64,000 nucleotides of DNA, from contig OY970166.1 of NCBI GenBank assembly GCA_963706595.1, positions 2,112,001-2,176,000 on the forward strand, given 5' to 3'. This document shows positions 50,249 to 61,658 of the stretch, piece by piece. Source of the DNA: an uncultured cyanobacterium. Lineage in GTDB: Bacteria; Cyanobacteriota; Cyanobacteriia; Cyanobacteriales; Nostocaceae. A program made the translations under genes and the position numbers. The notes under the pieces were generated by a model that was not told the origin of the DNA, made no database searches, and saw only the letters and a list, made by a program, of their open reading frames with translations. Each line of letters opens with the position of its first letter. The stretch's first letter is position 1.

Positions 50249-51088
50249 ATGACTAATCGGATTGCTTCTGGAAACGCCCCCCTCACACTCAAAGTAGTGG
50301 GGATAATTTTAGTTTTGTCCTTTTTACTAGACTTTTTAATTCTGTTGTTGCCCTTCCAACCAACTGATAGGGGATGGCAAATCAATCTAGCCACAGCGTT
50401 AGTTGACAGAGGTATTGTGCCTTTGGTTGGTATAGGAATGCTATTCGTCGGCTATTGGATTGATAGTTTTGGTGAAGGCGATCGCCCAAAACCTCTAGAT
50501 GTCAGATTTCCTGTTTTGGTACTCTCCAGTGTCTTAGGACTATTTTTCTTGCTGATTTTTCCCTTGCACTTGAACAATGTCCGACAAGCTAGCGCTCAAA
50601 ACGTCGTTCAAATCCGCCAAGATGCCGAACAAGCAGAAAACCAACTGCAAAATCAATTATCTCAATTCCAAGCCCAAATCAGCAACGAGCAAGGAAAAGC
50701 TCAACTAGAACAGCTGCGAAACCAAGCCAGAAATCAGTTTAGCGAGTTGCTCAAAAACGAGCAAACATACCAACAAGCCTTAAATAACCCCCAACTTCCC
50801 GCAGCCCAAAAAGATTTACTCAGGAAGTTTAAAGAAAATCCCCAAGAACTAGAGGACTTCATCAAGCAGCAAACAGATCCCCAAACACAAGCTACTCAAA
50901 GAGTTACCCAAATTCGCCAACGTCGAGAAGCAGCAGAAAAACAAGCCAAAGACAACGCTTGGAAATCTGGACTGCGAATTGGGATTAGTAGTTTGCTCTT
51001 ATCCATTGGTTACATGATCATTGGCTGGACAGGTTTACGGAGTATGGGTGTTTTACAAGGTGGTAAACGCAAAGTAGCCGCACGCTAG
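50249..51088 (+). CDS. hpsJ: HpsJ family membrane protein
   Basis: LVDRGIVPLVG, FPLHLNNV, Gln-rich coiled coil, C-terminal TM. Confidence 0.75.
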   Translation: MTNRIASGNAPLTLKVVGIILVLSFLLDFLILLLPFQPTDRGWQINLATALVDRGIVPLVGIGMLFVGYWIDSFGEGDRPKPLDVRFPVLVLSSVLGLFFLLIFPLHLNNVRQASAQNVVQIRQDAEQAENQLQNQLSQFQAQISNEQGKAQLEQLRNQARNQFSELLKNEQTYQQALNNPQLPAAQKDLLRKFKENPQELEDFIKQQTDPQTQATQRVTQIRQRREAAEKQAKDNAWKSGLRIGISSLLLSIGYMIIGWTGLRSMGVLQGGKRKVAAR

Positions 51089-51195
51089 TTAACTATCAAT
51101 AGACATCTAGTGACAATAAAATCTAGAGACGTTCGGTGGAACGTCTCTACAAGAGTTAACCACAGCAATTAACAAAATTATTAAAAAATTGAACA

Positions 51196-52107
51196 ATGTT
51201 ATCAATTTATATCCTGACATATAACGAAGAGTTAGATATTGCGGCTTGTATTGAGTCCGCCATGCTATCAGATGACATTATTGTTGTAGACTCATGCAGT
51301 AGCGATCGCACAGTAGAAATTGCCAGTCGTTACCCTGTTCGCACCGTCCAACACGCCTTTGAAAGCCACGGACTACAACGCACCTGGATGCTCGAATCTA
51401 TTCCCCCCAAATATGAGTGGGTATACATCCTCGAAGCCGATGAACGCATGACACCAGAACTATTTGCCGAATGCGTACAAGCCACCAAAAACCCCGACTA
51501 TATCGGCTACTACGTCGCCGAACGGGTAATGTTCATGAATCATTGGATTCGCTACAGCACCCAATATCCCCGCTATCAAATGCGTCTGTTCCGCCACGGT
51601 AAAGTCTGGTTTACAGATTATGGTCATACTGAGCGCGAAGTATGTAACGGTGCTACCAGTTTCATCAAAGAAACATATCCTCACTACACTTGTGGCAAAG
51701 GTTTAACCCGTTGGATTGAAAAACATAACCGTTATTCTACAGACGAAGCCAAAGAAACCTTGCATCAAATTGAACAAGGTGAAGTCAACTGGCAAGATTT
51801 ATTCCTGGGTAAAACAGAAGTTGAACGACGACGAGCCTTAAAAGATTTATCATTACGTTTACCCGCCAGACCATTTCTGCGCTTTCTGTATATGTATTTT
51901 ATTTTGAGGGGTTGTCTCGATGGCCGCGCTGGCATAGCTTGGTGTACATTACAGGCATTTTACGAATACCTGATTTTGCTTAAAGTTTGGGAAATGAAAA
52001 ATATGCCTACACCCAGCTTAGAAATAGGTGTATCTAACAGTGAACAGAACACAGCACAAACCATTGAGACTGTGCCAAAAGCAGCAAAGAAATTTGATGC
52101 AGTTTGA
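51196..52107 (+). CDS. GT2 glycosyltransferase (HpsK by synteny)
   Basis: ILTYNEE, EADER, KHNRYS, LDGRAG. Confidence 0.85.
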   Translation: MLSIYILTYNEELDIAACIESAMLSDDIIVVDSCSSDRTVEIASRYPVRTVQHAFESHGLQRTWMLESIPPKYEWVYILEADERMTPELFAECVQATKNPDYIGYYVAERVMFMNHWIRYSTQYPRYQMRLFRHGKVWFTDYGHTEREVCNGATSFIKETYPHYTCGKGLTRWIEKHNRYSTDEAKETLHQIEQGEVNWQDLFLGKTEVERRRALKDLSLRLPARPFLRFLYMYFILRGCLDGRAGIAWCTLQAFYEYLILLKVWEMKNMPTPSLEIGVSNSEQNTAQTIETVPKAAKKFDAV

Positions 52108-52580
52108 GTTTACCTAAGTTGTGAGCTTAATATCAGGATTTTTACCAACATCTGCCTTTCCCACATCCCCAGACTTTCTGATATCCGAAGATATTTTGGG
52201 AAGTTATATTGAATTAATATTCTAAATTTTCAGAAAAATCAATTACAACTTCACCACCTGATTCGCATCCTCCTCTCGCTGTACTGTCATACTTACAGAA
52301 TTATCAGCAGTTTTGAAGAGAGCGCGGTAAGATGAGTAATATGTCAGCAACTTGCAACAAACGTTTACAAGTCTGACACAGAAAAGTAACACTTTCAAAG
52401 TTAAATCAGCCATCATCTTGGTTGGTAAGTGTCCATACGCACTCTTCTAGGAAAATACTAATTTTCTAGGAATAAGTGTATATTTTTATAGCATGATTTC
52501 AGATGCTGACAATCTTGGGCAGTTGCTTCAAGTAGTAACTACTACAAGCAATGTCCTCGTAGCTTGACAAATATACTGGT

Positions 52581-53354
52581 ATGAATACTAATAACAAAAG
52601 TTCCAGTAACCTAAAACAGGAGAATAGGGACTTGGGAATTAATCACCTAAAACAGGATTTAAAGAATGACCTGATTGCTGGTTTACTGGTAGTAATTCCT
52701 TTAGCCACAACTATTTGGCTAACCATTACCATCGCTAATTGGGTAATCAACTTTCTCACGAAAATTCCCAAACAACTGAATCCCTTTGACGGTCTCCAAC
52801 CTATACTAGTAAATATATTAAATCTAGTCGTCGGACTGGCCGTACCTCTATTAAGCATTCTCTTAATCGGGTTGATGGCTCGCAATATTGCAGGGCGTTG
52901 GTTATTAGATTTTGGTGAGCGAATATTACAAGCAATTCCTTTAGCTGGGCAGGTATACAAAACCCTGAAGCAGCTGTTAGCCACCCTACTCAAAGATTCA
53001 AACGAAAAATTTCGCAGTGTCATTTTAGTAGAATATCCCAGAAAAGGAATATGGGCGATCGGTTTCGTCACCGGGAGCATGAGTAGCGAAATTCAAGCTC
53101 GTCTGCCTCGTACCATGCTCAGTGTTTTCATTCCCAGTACCCCAAACCCCACCACAGGATGGTATGCCATCGTTCCAGAGGATGAGGTCGTAAACCTATC
53201 CATGCCCATAGAAGACGCATTCAAAGTATTAGTTTCTGGTGGCATCATCGCTCAGAATACACCTCTACCTCCCTTGGTTTTATCCAATGAGCGAAACCTA
53301 GAAGCACAACCCCTAGAAACCAAGCTGCCAATAATCCCCTGGGACGAAACTTAA
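52581..53354 (+). CDS. DUF502 family membrane protein
   Basis: LIAGLLVVIPL, VEYPRKG, PSTPNPTTGW. Confidence 0.9.
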   Translation: MNTNNKSSSNLKQENRDLGINHLKQDLKNDLIAGLLVVIPLATTIWLTITIANWVINFLTKIPKQLNPFDGLQPILVNILNLVVGLAVPLLSILLIGLMARNIAGRWLLDFGERILQAIPLAGQVYKTLKQLLATLLKDSNEKFRSVILVEYPRKGIWAIGFVTGSMSSEIQARLPRTMLSVFIPSTPNPTTGWYAIVPEDEVVNLSMPIEDAFKVLVSGGIIAQNTPLPPLVLSNERNLEAQPLETKLPIIPWDET

Positions 53355-53459
53355 AATCAATCCGGCAAAGTCGCCAGTAAATAGATAGTATGATTATCTG
53401 ACTTTGCCACAAGGCTCAACTATTAACCTCTAATCATTAGTGTTTAGGCACTCACCTCC

Positions 53460-54089
53460 ATGCAAGAACGAAAACCCCAGCAAATTGCTCGTGAATTGGC
53501 ACTTTTAAGTCTTAGCCAGTTGCCAATTAACCCGAAAAGATTGACAGAAGAGCATCTACCAAAGTTAGTGCTAGCCACAGTCCGCACTCTGAGATCAGAA
53601 GTGCAAGATACTCTAGATAACGCCACTGGCGAACTGCAACGCAGTAATGAGCGCCTCTTAACTAGTGAAACTCGGGCTTCAGACCTCAACACTGCCAGAA
53701 ACCTCGTCAAAGAGGCTATAAACTACACCCAAACTGCCATCAATCAACTTGGAGCCGCAGTTGAGTTCCCAGAATTGATTCAACTAGCAAATCAAGATAA
53801 AGAAGTGGGCAGATATGCCATCGAACTGGTGAAATTAGTCAACGAACATCGAGTCAGCATCGATGAAGAAATTTCTTTGGCTTTAGTAGATTGGCAAGTC
53901 TCTCGTTTAGCCCAAATAGACCGAGATATTTTGCGAATCGCGGTGGGAGAAATGAGGTTTTTCAACCTGCCAGACAGAGTAGCTATCAATGAAGCCGTAG
54001 AGCTAGCCAAACGCTACAGTGGAGATGAAGGACATCGGTTTATTAATGGTGTGCTGCGCCGAGTTACAGAACAAAAAGCAGCCGTGTAG
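53460..54089 (+). CDS. nusB: Transcription antitermination factor NusB
   Basis: [33 protein letters not shown]. Confidence 0.95.
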   Translation: MQERKPQQIARELALLSLSQLPINPKRLTEEHLPKLVLATVRTLRSEVQDTLDNATGELQRSNERLLTSETRASDLNTARNLVKEAINYTQTAINQLGAAVEFPELIQLANQDKEVGRYAIELVKLVNEHRVSIDEEISLALVDWQVSRLAQIDRDILRIAVGEMRFFNLPDRVAINEAVELAKRYSGDEGHRFINGVLRRVTEQKAAV

Positions 54090-54288
54090 TCTTTCAACCT
54101 GATTTGTTAATTGTTGTGAGCAGAAGCCAGTTGTTTCGGGTGCTTCCCCCCTGTTGAGCAAACTGGCTATGAGAGGTGAGGATATTCGGGAGGCTGAAAG
54201 CCCCACCAGAAAAGGCAACATAATAGTTTCATTAAACTAATAACTAATAACTAATAATTCCAACTCACAACTAATACTTATAGCTGCA

Positions 54289-55968
54289 ATGGTTTTTAAT
54301 TGGTTCCGCCGTAAATATAACGATTCCTCTGATACTCCATCTGAACAAAAACCGGAAGAAACTCCTCCAGCACCAGAACTCCAGTCAGATTCAGCCTTAA
54401 ATCCCACCCCAACAGCAGATACTACACAAGATTCAACGGCAGATTTATTGGCCTTTGCGAAATCTGCCTATAAGAATATCCAGCAAAAACAACAAACTCC
54501 AGAAGTAGAAACTGCTGTTGAGACAACAGAGGTAGAAGCACCATCAGCAACACCCGTAACTGTAGAAACGGCTGTTGATACAGCAGATGTGGAAGCACCA
54601 CCAGAAACACCCGTAACTGTAGAAACGGCTGTTGATACAGCAGATGTGGAAGTACCACCAGAAACACCCGTAACTGTAGAAACGGCAACTGCGGCCATAG
54701 CAACCGAGCCACCTACGGTAAGTGAAGTCACCCAAACAACACCACCAGAGGTAGCAGCCGCAATTCAGGAGTCATCGACTACAGATGAAACTATACCAGA
54801 GCCAACAGCACCGAGTAATTTATCCTTTTTAGAACGGGCGGCGGCAGAACGGCAAGCCAAGCAAGAACGGCTGATAGCCAGCGCCATTGAAGTGCCAGAA
54901 CCGCAAGTGTTACAACCGGTAGCCACTACCACAGAAACAGCCGAAGGTATTGACGGATTAGCTTTTGATGAAGGTTTTGTTTGGTCAGCAGAAGTATTGG
55001 CAGCCCAAGGTAGACGACCAGAAGATGTTTCGCTTGAGGAAATTACTTGGCTGAAAAAGCTCCGCCAAGGCTTAGGTAAAACCCGTCGTAATATCCTTAA
55101 CCAACTGAAGGCAATTGTTGGACAAGGTCCACTGAATCAAGCGGCTGTGGCAGAAATTGAAGCCGCACTTCTACAAGCTGATGTGGGTGTAGAAGCCACC
55201 GATTACATTATTAGCGCGCTCCAGAAAAAACTGTTAGCAGAAGTCACCCCGCCAGAGGAGGCGATCGCCTATCTCAAACAAATATTGCGGGATATGTTAG
55301 ATGCGCCACTGCAAAAAGCCCACAGTTCCAGCTTTACCCCAGAAAAAGAAACCTTAAATATTTGGTTAATTACTGGAGTCAATGGTGCGGGTAAAACTAC
55401 CACTATCGGCAAAATTTCCCACCTCGCCCAAAAATCCGGTTACAAATGCTTAATTGGGGCAGCAGATACCTTCCGGGCTGCGGCCGTGGAACAAGTGAAG
55501 GTTTGGGGTCAGAGAAGCGGCGTAGAAGTGATTGCCAATCCTGGGCAGAATACAGATCCAGCCGCCGTGGTCTTTGATGCGATCGCAGCCGCCCAAGCCA
55601 GAGAAACTGAATTACTCTTAGTAGATACCGCCGGGCGACTGCAAAATAAGAAAAACCTAATGGACGAGCTTGCCAAAATCCGCCGGATTATTGACAAAAA
55701 AGCCCCTAATGCCAAAATAGAATCCCTATTGGTTTTAGATGCCACTCTAGGGCAGAATGGATTGCGTCAAGCTGAAGTTTTTGCCCAAGCCGCCCAACTC
55801 AGTGGTGTCGTCTTAACCAAACTGGATGGTACAGCCAAGGGAGGTGTGGCCTTAGCCGTTGTGCAGCAGCTAGGCTTGCCCATTCGCTTTATTGGAGCTG
55901 GTGAAGGCATGGAAGATTTGCGTCCTTTTTCGAGTTACGAGTTTGTCGAAGCTCTATTGAGTGGCTAA
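54289..55968 (+). CDS. ftsY: SRP receptor FtsY
   Basis: GVNGAGKTT, DTFRAAA, DTAGR, TKLDGTAKGG; acidic N-terminal region. Confidence 0.97.
   Translation: MVFNWFRRKYNDSSDTPSEQKPEETPPAPELQSDSALNPTPTADTTQDSTADLLAFAKSAYKNIQQKQQTPEVETAVETTEVEAPSATPVTVETAVDTADVEAPPETPVTVETAVDTADVEVPPETPVTVETATAAIATEPPTVSEVTQTTPPEVAAAIQESSTTDETIPEPTAPSNLSFLERAAAERQAKQERLIASAIEVPEPQVLQPVATTTETAEGIDGLAFDEGFVWSAEVLAAQGRRPEDVSLEEITWLKKLRQGLGKTRRNILNQLKAIVGQGPLNQAAVAEIEAALLQADVGVEATDYIISALQKKLLAEVTPPEEAIAYLKQILRDMLDAPLQKAHSSSFTPEKETLNIWLITGVNGAGKTTTIGKISHLAQKSGYKCLIGAADTFRAAAVEQVKVWGQRSGVEVIANPGQNTDPAAVVFDAIAAAQARETELLLVDTAGRLQNKKNLMDELAKIRRIIDKKAPNAKIESLLVLDATLGQNGLRQAEVFAQAAQLSGVVLTKLDGTAKGGVALAVVQQLGLPIRFIGAGEGMEDLRPFSSYEFVEALLSG
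54505..54686 (+). repeat. 57-bp in-frame tandem repeat (3 copies plus partial) in ftsY
   Basis: Units start at 54505, 54562, 54619, 54676; encode VETAVDTADVEAPPETPVT-like 19-mers. Confidence 0.9.
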
Positions 55969-56122
55969 CGCCGCAAGGCGAAAGTCAAAAGTCAAAAGTC
56001 AAAAAGTGTAAATAAGTGGTTGTACTGTTTACGCTGACCTGTAAGTTGCATGACGTAGCTATACTCCGCTTCTATAGCAAAGTGCTGTTAGTACTTTGCT
56101 ATACTTTGCACTAATTCTGTTT

Positions 56123-56240
56123 CACCCCTGCACCCTGCTCCCCTGCACCCTGCGCCCTGCTCCCCTGCGCCCTGCTCCCCTGCGCCCTGCTCCCCTGCTC
56201 CCTGCCCCCTGCCCCCCTGCTCCCTGCACCCCTGCCCCCT
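56123..56240. repeat. C-rich STRR-like tandem array
   Basis: Repeated CCCTGCT/CCCCTGC(G/A) units. Confidence 0.85.
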
Positions 56241-56616
56241 TTCCTCTTCTTGCTCTGCTTCACAGTTCCAGGAGAAAATTAGCAACCCTCACAAAATTAT
56301 TTTGTGGACAAGGTACTTTTTTTGGTCTAAAGATGTATGATTTGCTAATTAACTTCTGGAAAAATTAAAGGCTTTATAGCTTATGACAGAATTTGCTGAT
56401 TTTTACCTAGTGATTTTTGAGTAAACATACATCAAGATTTAGGCATAGATGTAAAAAGCAAATATAATACTTATCTTCAACTATGTATTACGTCTTTTTA
56501 CTCTTGCTAAAGTCATAAATCTTGTCCCAATATAATTTAGCAATTCTCCAGTAACTTACTTTATTTATAAGTAATCTAAAACTCTATCTATATCAAGTGC
56601 AATAATACCTTTACCT

Positions 56617-58002
56617 GTGTCTCAACTGCCCTCTCAACCCACTGATAGTAATAGTAGTGCTGCGACGGATGTCACCCCAGTCGTGGCACTCAAGGAACTC
56701 GTGGCCCGGCTACATCGAGAACAGAATAAAATCCAAGATTTACTCAGTTCTTTAGGATTTGCCCTGAGAAGCTTCAATAATTTGAATCAATTTTTGGAGC
56801 TGATCCCACTCATGGCCACAAGAGTGACAGATGCAGAGGGTAGTGCTTTGTTCCTGCATAAACCTAACGGTCAAATTAGGTTAGAGCAACTACACTGGCA
56901 GGATAGCCGTCAGCGTAAAAACATCCGCAAAGCTCTAGAAACCGCTAGCAGTCAAATCACACTGTTGTCTAATACATCTCCTTTAGCCACAGCTACGGGG
57001 ATTTTGGATGACCAAATGCATCGCTACCTGGGACCAGATGTGCAAATCTTTGGCACAGCAATTCTGGTGAAGCATACAGAACGGGGTTGGCTTTACGTCC
57101 TCAGCCGTGACCCGGAATATAGCTGGACGGAAACCAGACAAAAGTTAGTCCGACTGGTAGCAGACCAAACGGCTGTAGCGATTGAAAACGATGAATTAGC
57201 TGTTGAATTGCGGAAAAAAGAACGTTTAGATCAAGAATTAGAAATTGGCGCAGAAATTCAACGGCGACTTTTACCTCGTCAATGTCCGATGATTCCTGGT
57301 GCAACTCTAGCTGCGCGCTGTAAACCGGCTAACCGTGTCGGTGGAGATTACTACGATTTTATCCCTACCAATAGCAATCAGGTGCAGCTAAATAGCAAAA
57401 CTGATCAGGAAAATGGGCGCTGGGGTTTGGTAATTGGCGATGTCATGGGTAAAGGTGTCCCCGCCGGACTAATTATGACAATGATGCGGGGAATGCTGCG
57501 GGGAGAGGTATTGCATGGTAATTCCCCCTGTAAAATTCTGCAAAATTTGAATCGCGTGATGTATGCGGATTTAGAAAATTCCCACCGCTTTGTGACGCTG
57601 TTTTACTCAGAATATAATCCCTATAATCGAGTTTTAGCTTATAGTAATGCGGCACACAATCCGCCGTTATGGTGGCACGCCGCTACCAAAACTATTACCC
57701 GTTTGGATACTTTGGGAATGTTGATTGGTTTAGATCACAATAGTCAATATGAAGATGCCCAGGCACAGTTAGAATCTGGGGATACAGTAATTTATTATAC
57801 AGATGGTTTGACTGATGCGGCTGCTGCTAGTGGCGATCGCTTCGACGAAGAAAACTTTGTAGCTGCCTTTCACGCAGCTTGCAGGTATTACACTCACCCA
57901 CAGGAGATTGTGGATTATCTCTTTGACCAAGTGTTACAATTTATCGGGGCTGAAAAGCAAAACACTGATGATATGACATTAGTTGTCCTGAAAATTCAAT
58001 AG
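56617..58002 (+). CDS. GAF + PP2C/SpoIIE protein phosphatase
   Basis: VGGDYYD, GDVMGKG, YTDGL, DDMT. Confidence 0.92.
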   Translation: MSQLPSQPTDSNSSAATDVTPVVALKELVARLHREQNKIQDLLSSLGFALRSFNNLNQFLELIPLMATRVTDAEGSALFLHKPNGQIRLEQLHWQDSRQRKNIRKALETASSQITLLSNTSPLATATGILDDQMHRYLGPDVQIFGTAILVKHTERGWLYVLSRDPEYSWTETRQKLVRLVADQTAVAIENDELAVELRKKERLDQELEIGAEIQRRLLPRQCPMIPGATLAARCKPANRVGGDYYDFIPTNSNQVQLNSKTDQENGRWGLVIGDVMGKGVPAGLIMTMMRGMLRGEVLHGNSPCKILQNLNRVMYADLENSHRFVTLFYSEYNPYNRVLAYSNAAHNPPLWWHAATKTITRLDTLGMLIGLDHNSQYEDAQAQLESGDTVIYYTDGLTDAAAASGDRFDEENFVAAFHAACRYYTHPQEIVDYLFDQVLQFIGAEKQNTDDMTLVVLKIQ

Positions 58003-58081
58003 ACATTTCGCAATATATGATGAGCGGGCAAGATGCCCGCACCACAATCAATTTTGGGATATGTTTTGATTTTTTAGTCCC

Positions 58082-60283
58082 TTATACTGCGATCATTTCT
58101 GGTTCTGTTTTAGACAAAGTACCAAAAAAGTCATAGCAATCTAGTGCTTCCAAGATTCCCCAAGCATAATTTCCTTCGGCAAAGTAAATTTGTGGATAGC
58201 CACGCAACTTTTCTAGTTCGGCGCTGTAGTTACCCACAACCACACCTAGCGTATTCCCAGACAGCATTGATTCATCATTCCCAGATGCACCTGCTACTAA
58301 AAATCGTTTAATTGGAAGTCCCCATTTCAAAGCACAATAACGAATGGCATCACCTTTAGAAGCCCGGATGGGTAACAAATCAAGATACATATTATGGCTG
58401 TAAATTCCTTTGACGTGGAGTCTCCGCCGTCGCAGATGCCGCATGATTTCCTTAAAACTTAAGGATTTGGCTTCATCAATAAAATAGCTGAGTTTAAACT
58501 TCCCTTGAGATTGCGGGGGTTGCAGCTCGACTCCGGGTAATTCCTCCATTGCTTGACGAACAGCGTCAGCATTCCAATGGTAACTAATATGTCTTTGCCA
58601 GTTGCTATCCGGCACTACCTGCGGCCCATAATAGATTTCACTACCAGCCGAGACAATCAGCAAATCTGGTCTGGGGAAATGCCATTCTTCTAACATCTCC
58701 AAGGAACTATTGAGGTTGCGCCCGGTAGCAATTCCCACTCCAGTTGAGTGACCTTCATTCCGCAGTCGCTCAATGAGTTTGTGTAACGCTTCCTGGTCGC
58801 CTAATAAGGTGTTATCGATTTCGCAAACCAAAAAACGATCTGCGGTTGGTAAGCGGTTTTGATCGGGAATATTCCAATCAGGTAGGTCAGTGGCTAAGGC
58901 TTTTGCTAAGGGACTTAATACAGATTGGACTCGTCGTTGGGGTAACTGCTGCACCTGTTCTAGATAACGTTCTACGTGACTAGACCAAGAAAAATTGTCT
59001 CGAACTCGATCTAAGCCATTTTTCGACCAAGTTTCCCATTGTTCCCGATTTGTGAGTGCTGTTCGCAGACCATCTTGAATCTGTTTAATATCTAGAGGGT
59101 CAATCAACATCCCATTTTCGCAAGCTTCGAGAATATCTCGCGGACCACCATCTGAGGTGGCGATAATTGGCACACCGCAGGCTGTAGCTTCAATTAACGT
59201 GAGGCCAAATGGCTCAGTTAATGCCGGATTGATAAAAACGCCCCGGTTTTTCCCCAACAATCGATACAGGTCAGCTACCTCATCGGAACGGTGGTGTTTG
59301 GGATAGGCGACGTATCCGTAAAGGTCGTAGCGGTCGATTAACTGGAAAATTTCTGTCAGGACTTGGCGCGGACCTGATTCCATGGTGGTGATGTCATCTC
59401 GATTGCCTAAAATCAAGACTAAATTCGCTAAATGACGCAATTCTGGATCTTCACCATAAGCTTTGACCAGAGAGGCGACATTTTTGCGAATGGCTGGCCG
59501 AGAAAGCGCCATAATCATGGGTTTTTCCGGATTATTCAGAAATCGTTTTAAATCTTGATAAATGGGTGGTTCCTGCCAATTTTCTGGAACTGGGTAAAAT
59601 TCTTTCAGTGCTACCCCAGGAGGAATGACAACCATTCTATTTGGTTGATAGTGGTCGTAAATTCCGTACTGCTGCGTCACCTCTTGATGGGTACTGGCGA
59701 TGACTAATGCTGCACTGGCCAGTGTTGCTTCCTCGGCTTCAATTCTTGTACTAATGTGATAAGTGCTTTCAATGGTTTCCTTTTTGGTGCCATGCTCTAA
59801 CAGTCGTTGCTGTTTCACTCTTCCCAGAGAGTGTCCAGTATGCACAAGTGGTACACCTAACCAACCAGCAACCCGACAACCCACATATCCCGCATCGGCG
59901 TAATGGCTATGAATGACATGGGGTAATTTTCCGACTTGGCGCAGGTGCTTGAGTAGTTCATCGGCAAAATTATCTAAATGCGGCCAGAGAACTTCTTTGC
60001 GGAGATAACGACGTGGCCCGCAGTTAACACGAATAATTTGGGCTTTGTCACTCAGAACTTCTATCGGTTGAGCATAATCGGAACTAACTTTTGGATCGTT
60101 GACTAAACGCGTTACCAGGTCTACGCGTTCTACTTGTGGGTTAGCTGCTAAGGCTTGAGCGAGTTCTAAAGCATATTTAATTTGTCCACCAGTGTCAGCA
60201 TCTCGTCCTAATTCTAAATTTTTACCACGAATTAAGCCGTGAACGCTGACTAGTAGAATATATAACCCTGGGCTATTTGACAT
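58082..60283 (-). CDS. sps: Sucrose-phosphate synthase (GT4 plus HAD/SPP-like domain)
   Basis: HGLIRG.NLELGRDADTGGQ.KY, HSHYADAG, EPFGLTLIEA; C-terminal HAD-like domain. Confidence 0.92.
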   Translation of the reverse strand: MSNSPGLYILLVSVHGLIRGKNLELGRDADTGGQIKYALELAQALAANPQVERVDLVTRLVNDPKVSSDYAQPIEVLSDKAQIIRVNCGPRRYLRKEVLWPHLDNFADELLKHLRQVGKLPHVIHSHYADAGYVGCRVAGWLGVPLVHTGHSLGRVKQQRLLEHGTKKETIESTYHISTRIEAEEATLASAALVIASTHQEVTQQYGIYDHYQPNRMVVIPPGVALKEFYPVPENWQEPPIYQDLKRFLNNPEKPMIMALSRPAIRKNVASLVKAYGEDPELRHLANLVLILGNRDDITTMESGPRQVLTEIFQLIDRYDLYGYVAYPKHHRSDEVADLYRLLGKNRGVFINPALTEPFGLTLIEATACGVPIIATSDGGPRDILEACENGMLIDPLDIKQIQDGLRTALTNREQWETWSKNGLDRVRDNFSWSSHVERYLEQVQQLPQRRVQSVLSPLAKALATDLPDWNIPDQNRLPTADRFLVCEIDNTLLGDQEALHKLIERLRNEGHSTGVGIATGRNLNSSLEMLEEWHFPRPDLLIVSAGSEIYYGPQVVPDSNWQRHISYHWNADAVRQAMEELPGVELQPPQSQGKFKLSYFIDEAKSLSFKEIMRHLRRRRLHVKGIYSHNMYLDLLPIRASKGDAIRYCALKWGLPIKRFLVAGASGNDESMLSGNTLGVVVGNYSAELEKLRGYPQIYFAEGNYAWGILEALDCYDFFGTLSKTEPEMIAV

Positions 60284-61658
60284 TTTGCATTCCTCAATTT
60301 TACTGTATTACAGCCCGGGAACAGCTCCTCATTCATATAGCTGTTGTCCGCTACAGATTAGTAAAAAAAATTCTGCTGATGTCTACAAATTATAAAACAA
60401 ATGCGTCAATTGATCACAATTTTGTCACACAATCGACTGTAAGGTATTAGACAGGCCAACAGTAATGTCAAAATTTGCAGTGTCTCCAGCGTTACAGAAT
60501 TTTGGTTTTATTTGTGCGGTAAGTGATGATTAATTACTGAGTAATTACCAAAAGTTTATTGAGAGTTAAGTAATAATTTATTCTCTTCCTCTGGTCGCTA
60601 ATTTTAATCTAGCTATTTTTCTATATCCAATAAAAATTAAAATACACTTGCTCATCTCATGAATATTACTTAATAGGTTAAAGAGGAAATTTGATCTATC
60701 TTTCAGTATTGTTAGTGAAAAAAAATAAATTAGGTATAAAAAAACCATGCTATGTCAGGAAATTATGACAAATCAGCCCAAATATGACCTGAAGAAGTAA
60801 TTTTAAGGGCGAATGCAGTGACGCGATCGCCAGCATATTTTTGTGACATAGTTGGCTTTATTTGTGCTAATGTTTTAGACATTTCTGAGTCTATGCTAGC
60901 TGAGGCAAAAGAAACTGTGAACTGAATCAAATTAGATGATGAATTCTCAGGCATAGTCGGCAAAAAGTTTAATTTTATGCCCTCATTTATTGTATTTCAA
61001 CACATTGCACTTCCAACAGGCGGAAAAAGTTAAAGCGTGGGTAAATCGATATATTTCCTTTGGGCATAATTTCATCAATTTAATTAAGGGTAATACCAAT
61101 TATTTGTGAAGCTGCATATTATTTCGACCCCACCCCTAACCCCTCCCCGCAAGCGAGGAGGGGAACTGGATTTCTGGTTAAATTATATTGATGCATCTTT
61201 ATATTAAATTGGTATAACGCGTTTAATTATCCCTGAATGCAGATAAATCTGTATCCAATGAAGAATGTAGAGACGCATCTTATGTCTCTACAAGGGTTTG
61301 GAGAAATATCTAATTAAATCGTTTATTTTTGATATTATAAAAATGCAAAATTCACCATAGATTCATTGAGATGTCAAATCACGGTGACTACATGGGCTTG
61401 ATCTGAGATTTTTAAATGATTTCATGGTGCTGCTGACGCAGTATACTATAATGTTATCCTTTACTATGACAGTTAGATGACTGGTATTTTCAGTAATTTT
61501 TAGATACATTGTCCAAAAAGTCACCCACAAACCTAAATTATCGGTTTTTTGTCGGCACTGATTCTGATATTAATAAACTAAACAACTGGCAATACTTTCC
61601 AGGTTTCCCGAAGTGGCGGGGCATTGAAGAAAGTAGGCAGCATTTTAAATATAAACTT

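Noticed and set aside
56088..56368. ORFs 56088..56285 (-) and 56096..56368 (+)
   Set aside because: Low-complexity translations of the C-rich tandem repeat.
60763..61070. 66-aa ORF and possible decayed gene between sps and lysC
   Set aside because: No recognisable motif or RBS; may be a pseudogene remnant but cannot be supported by eye.
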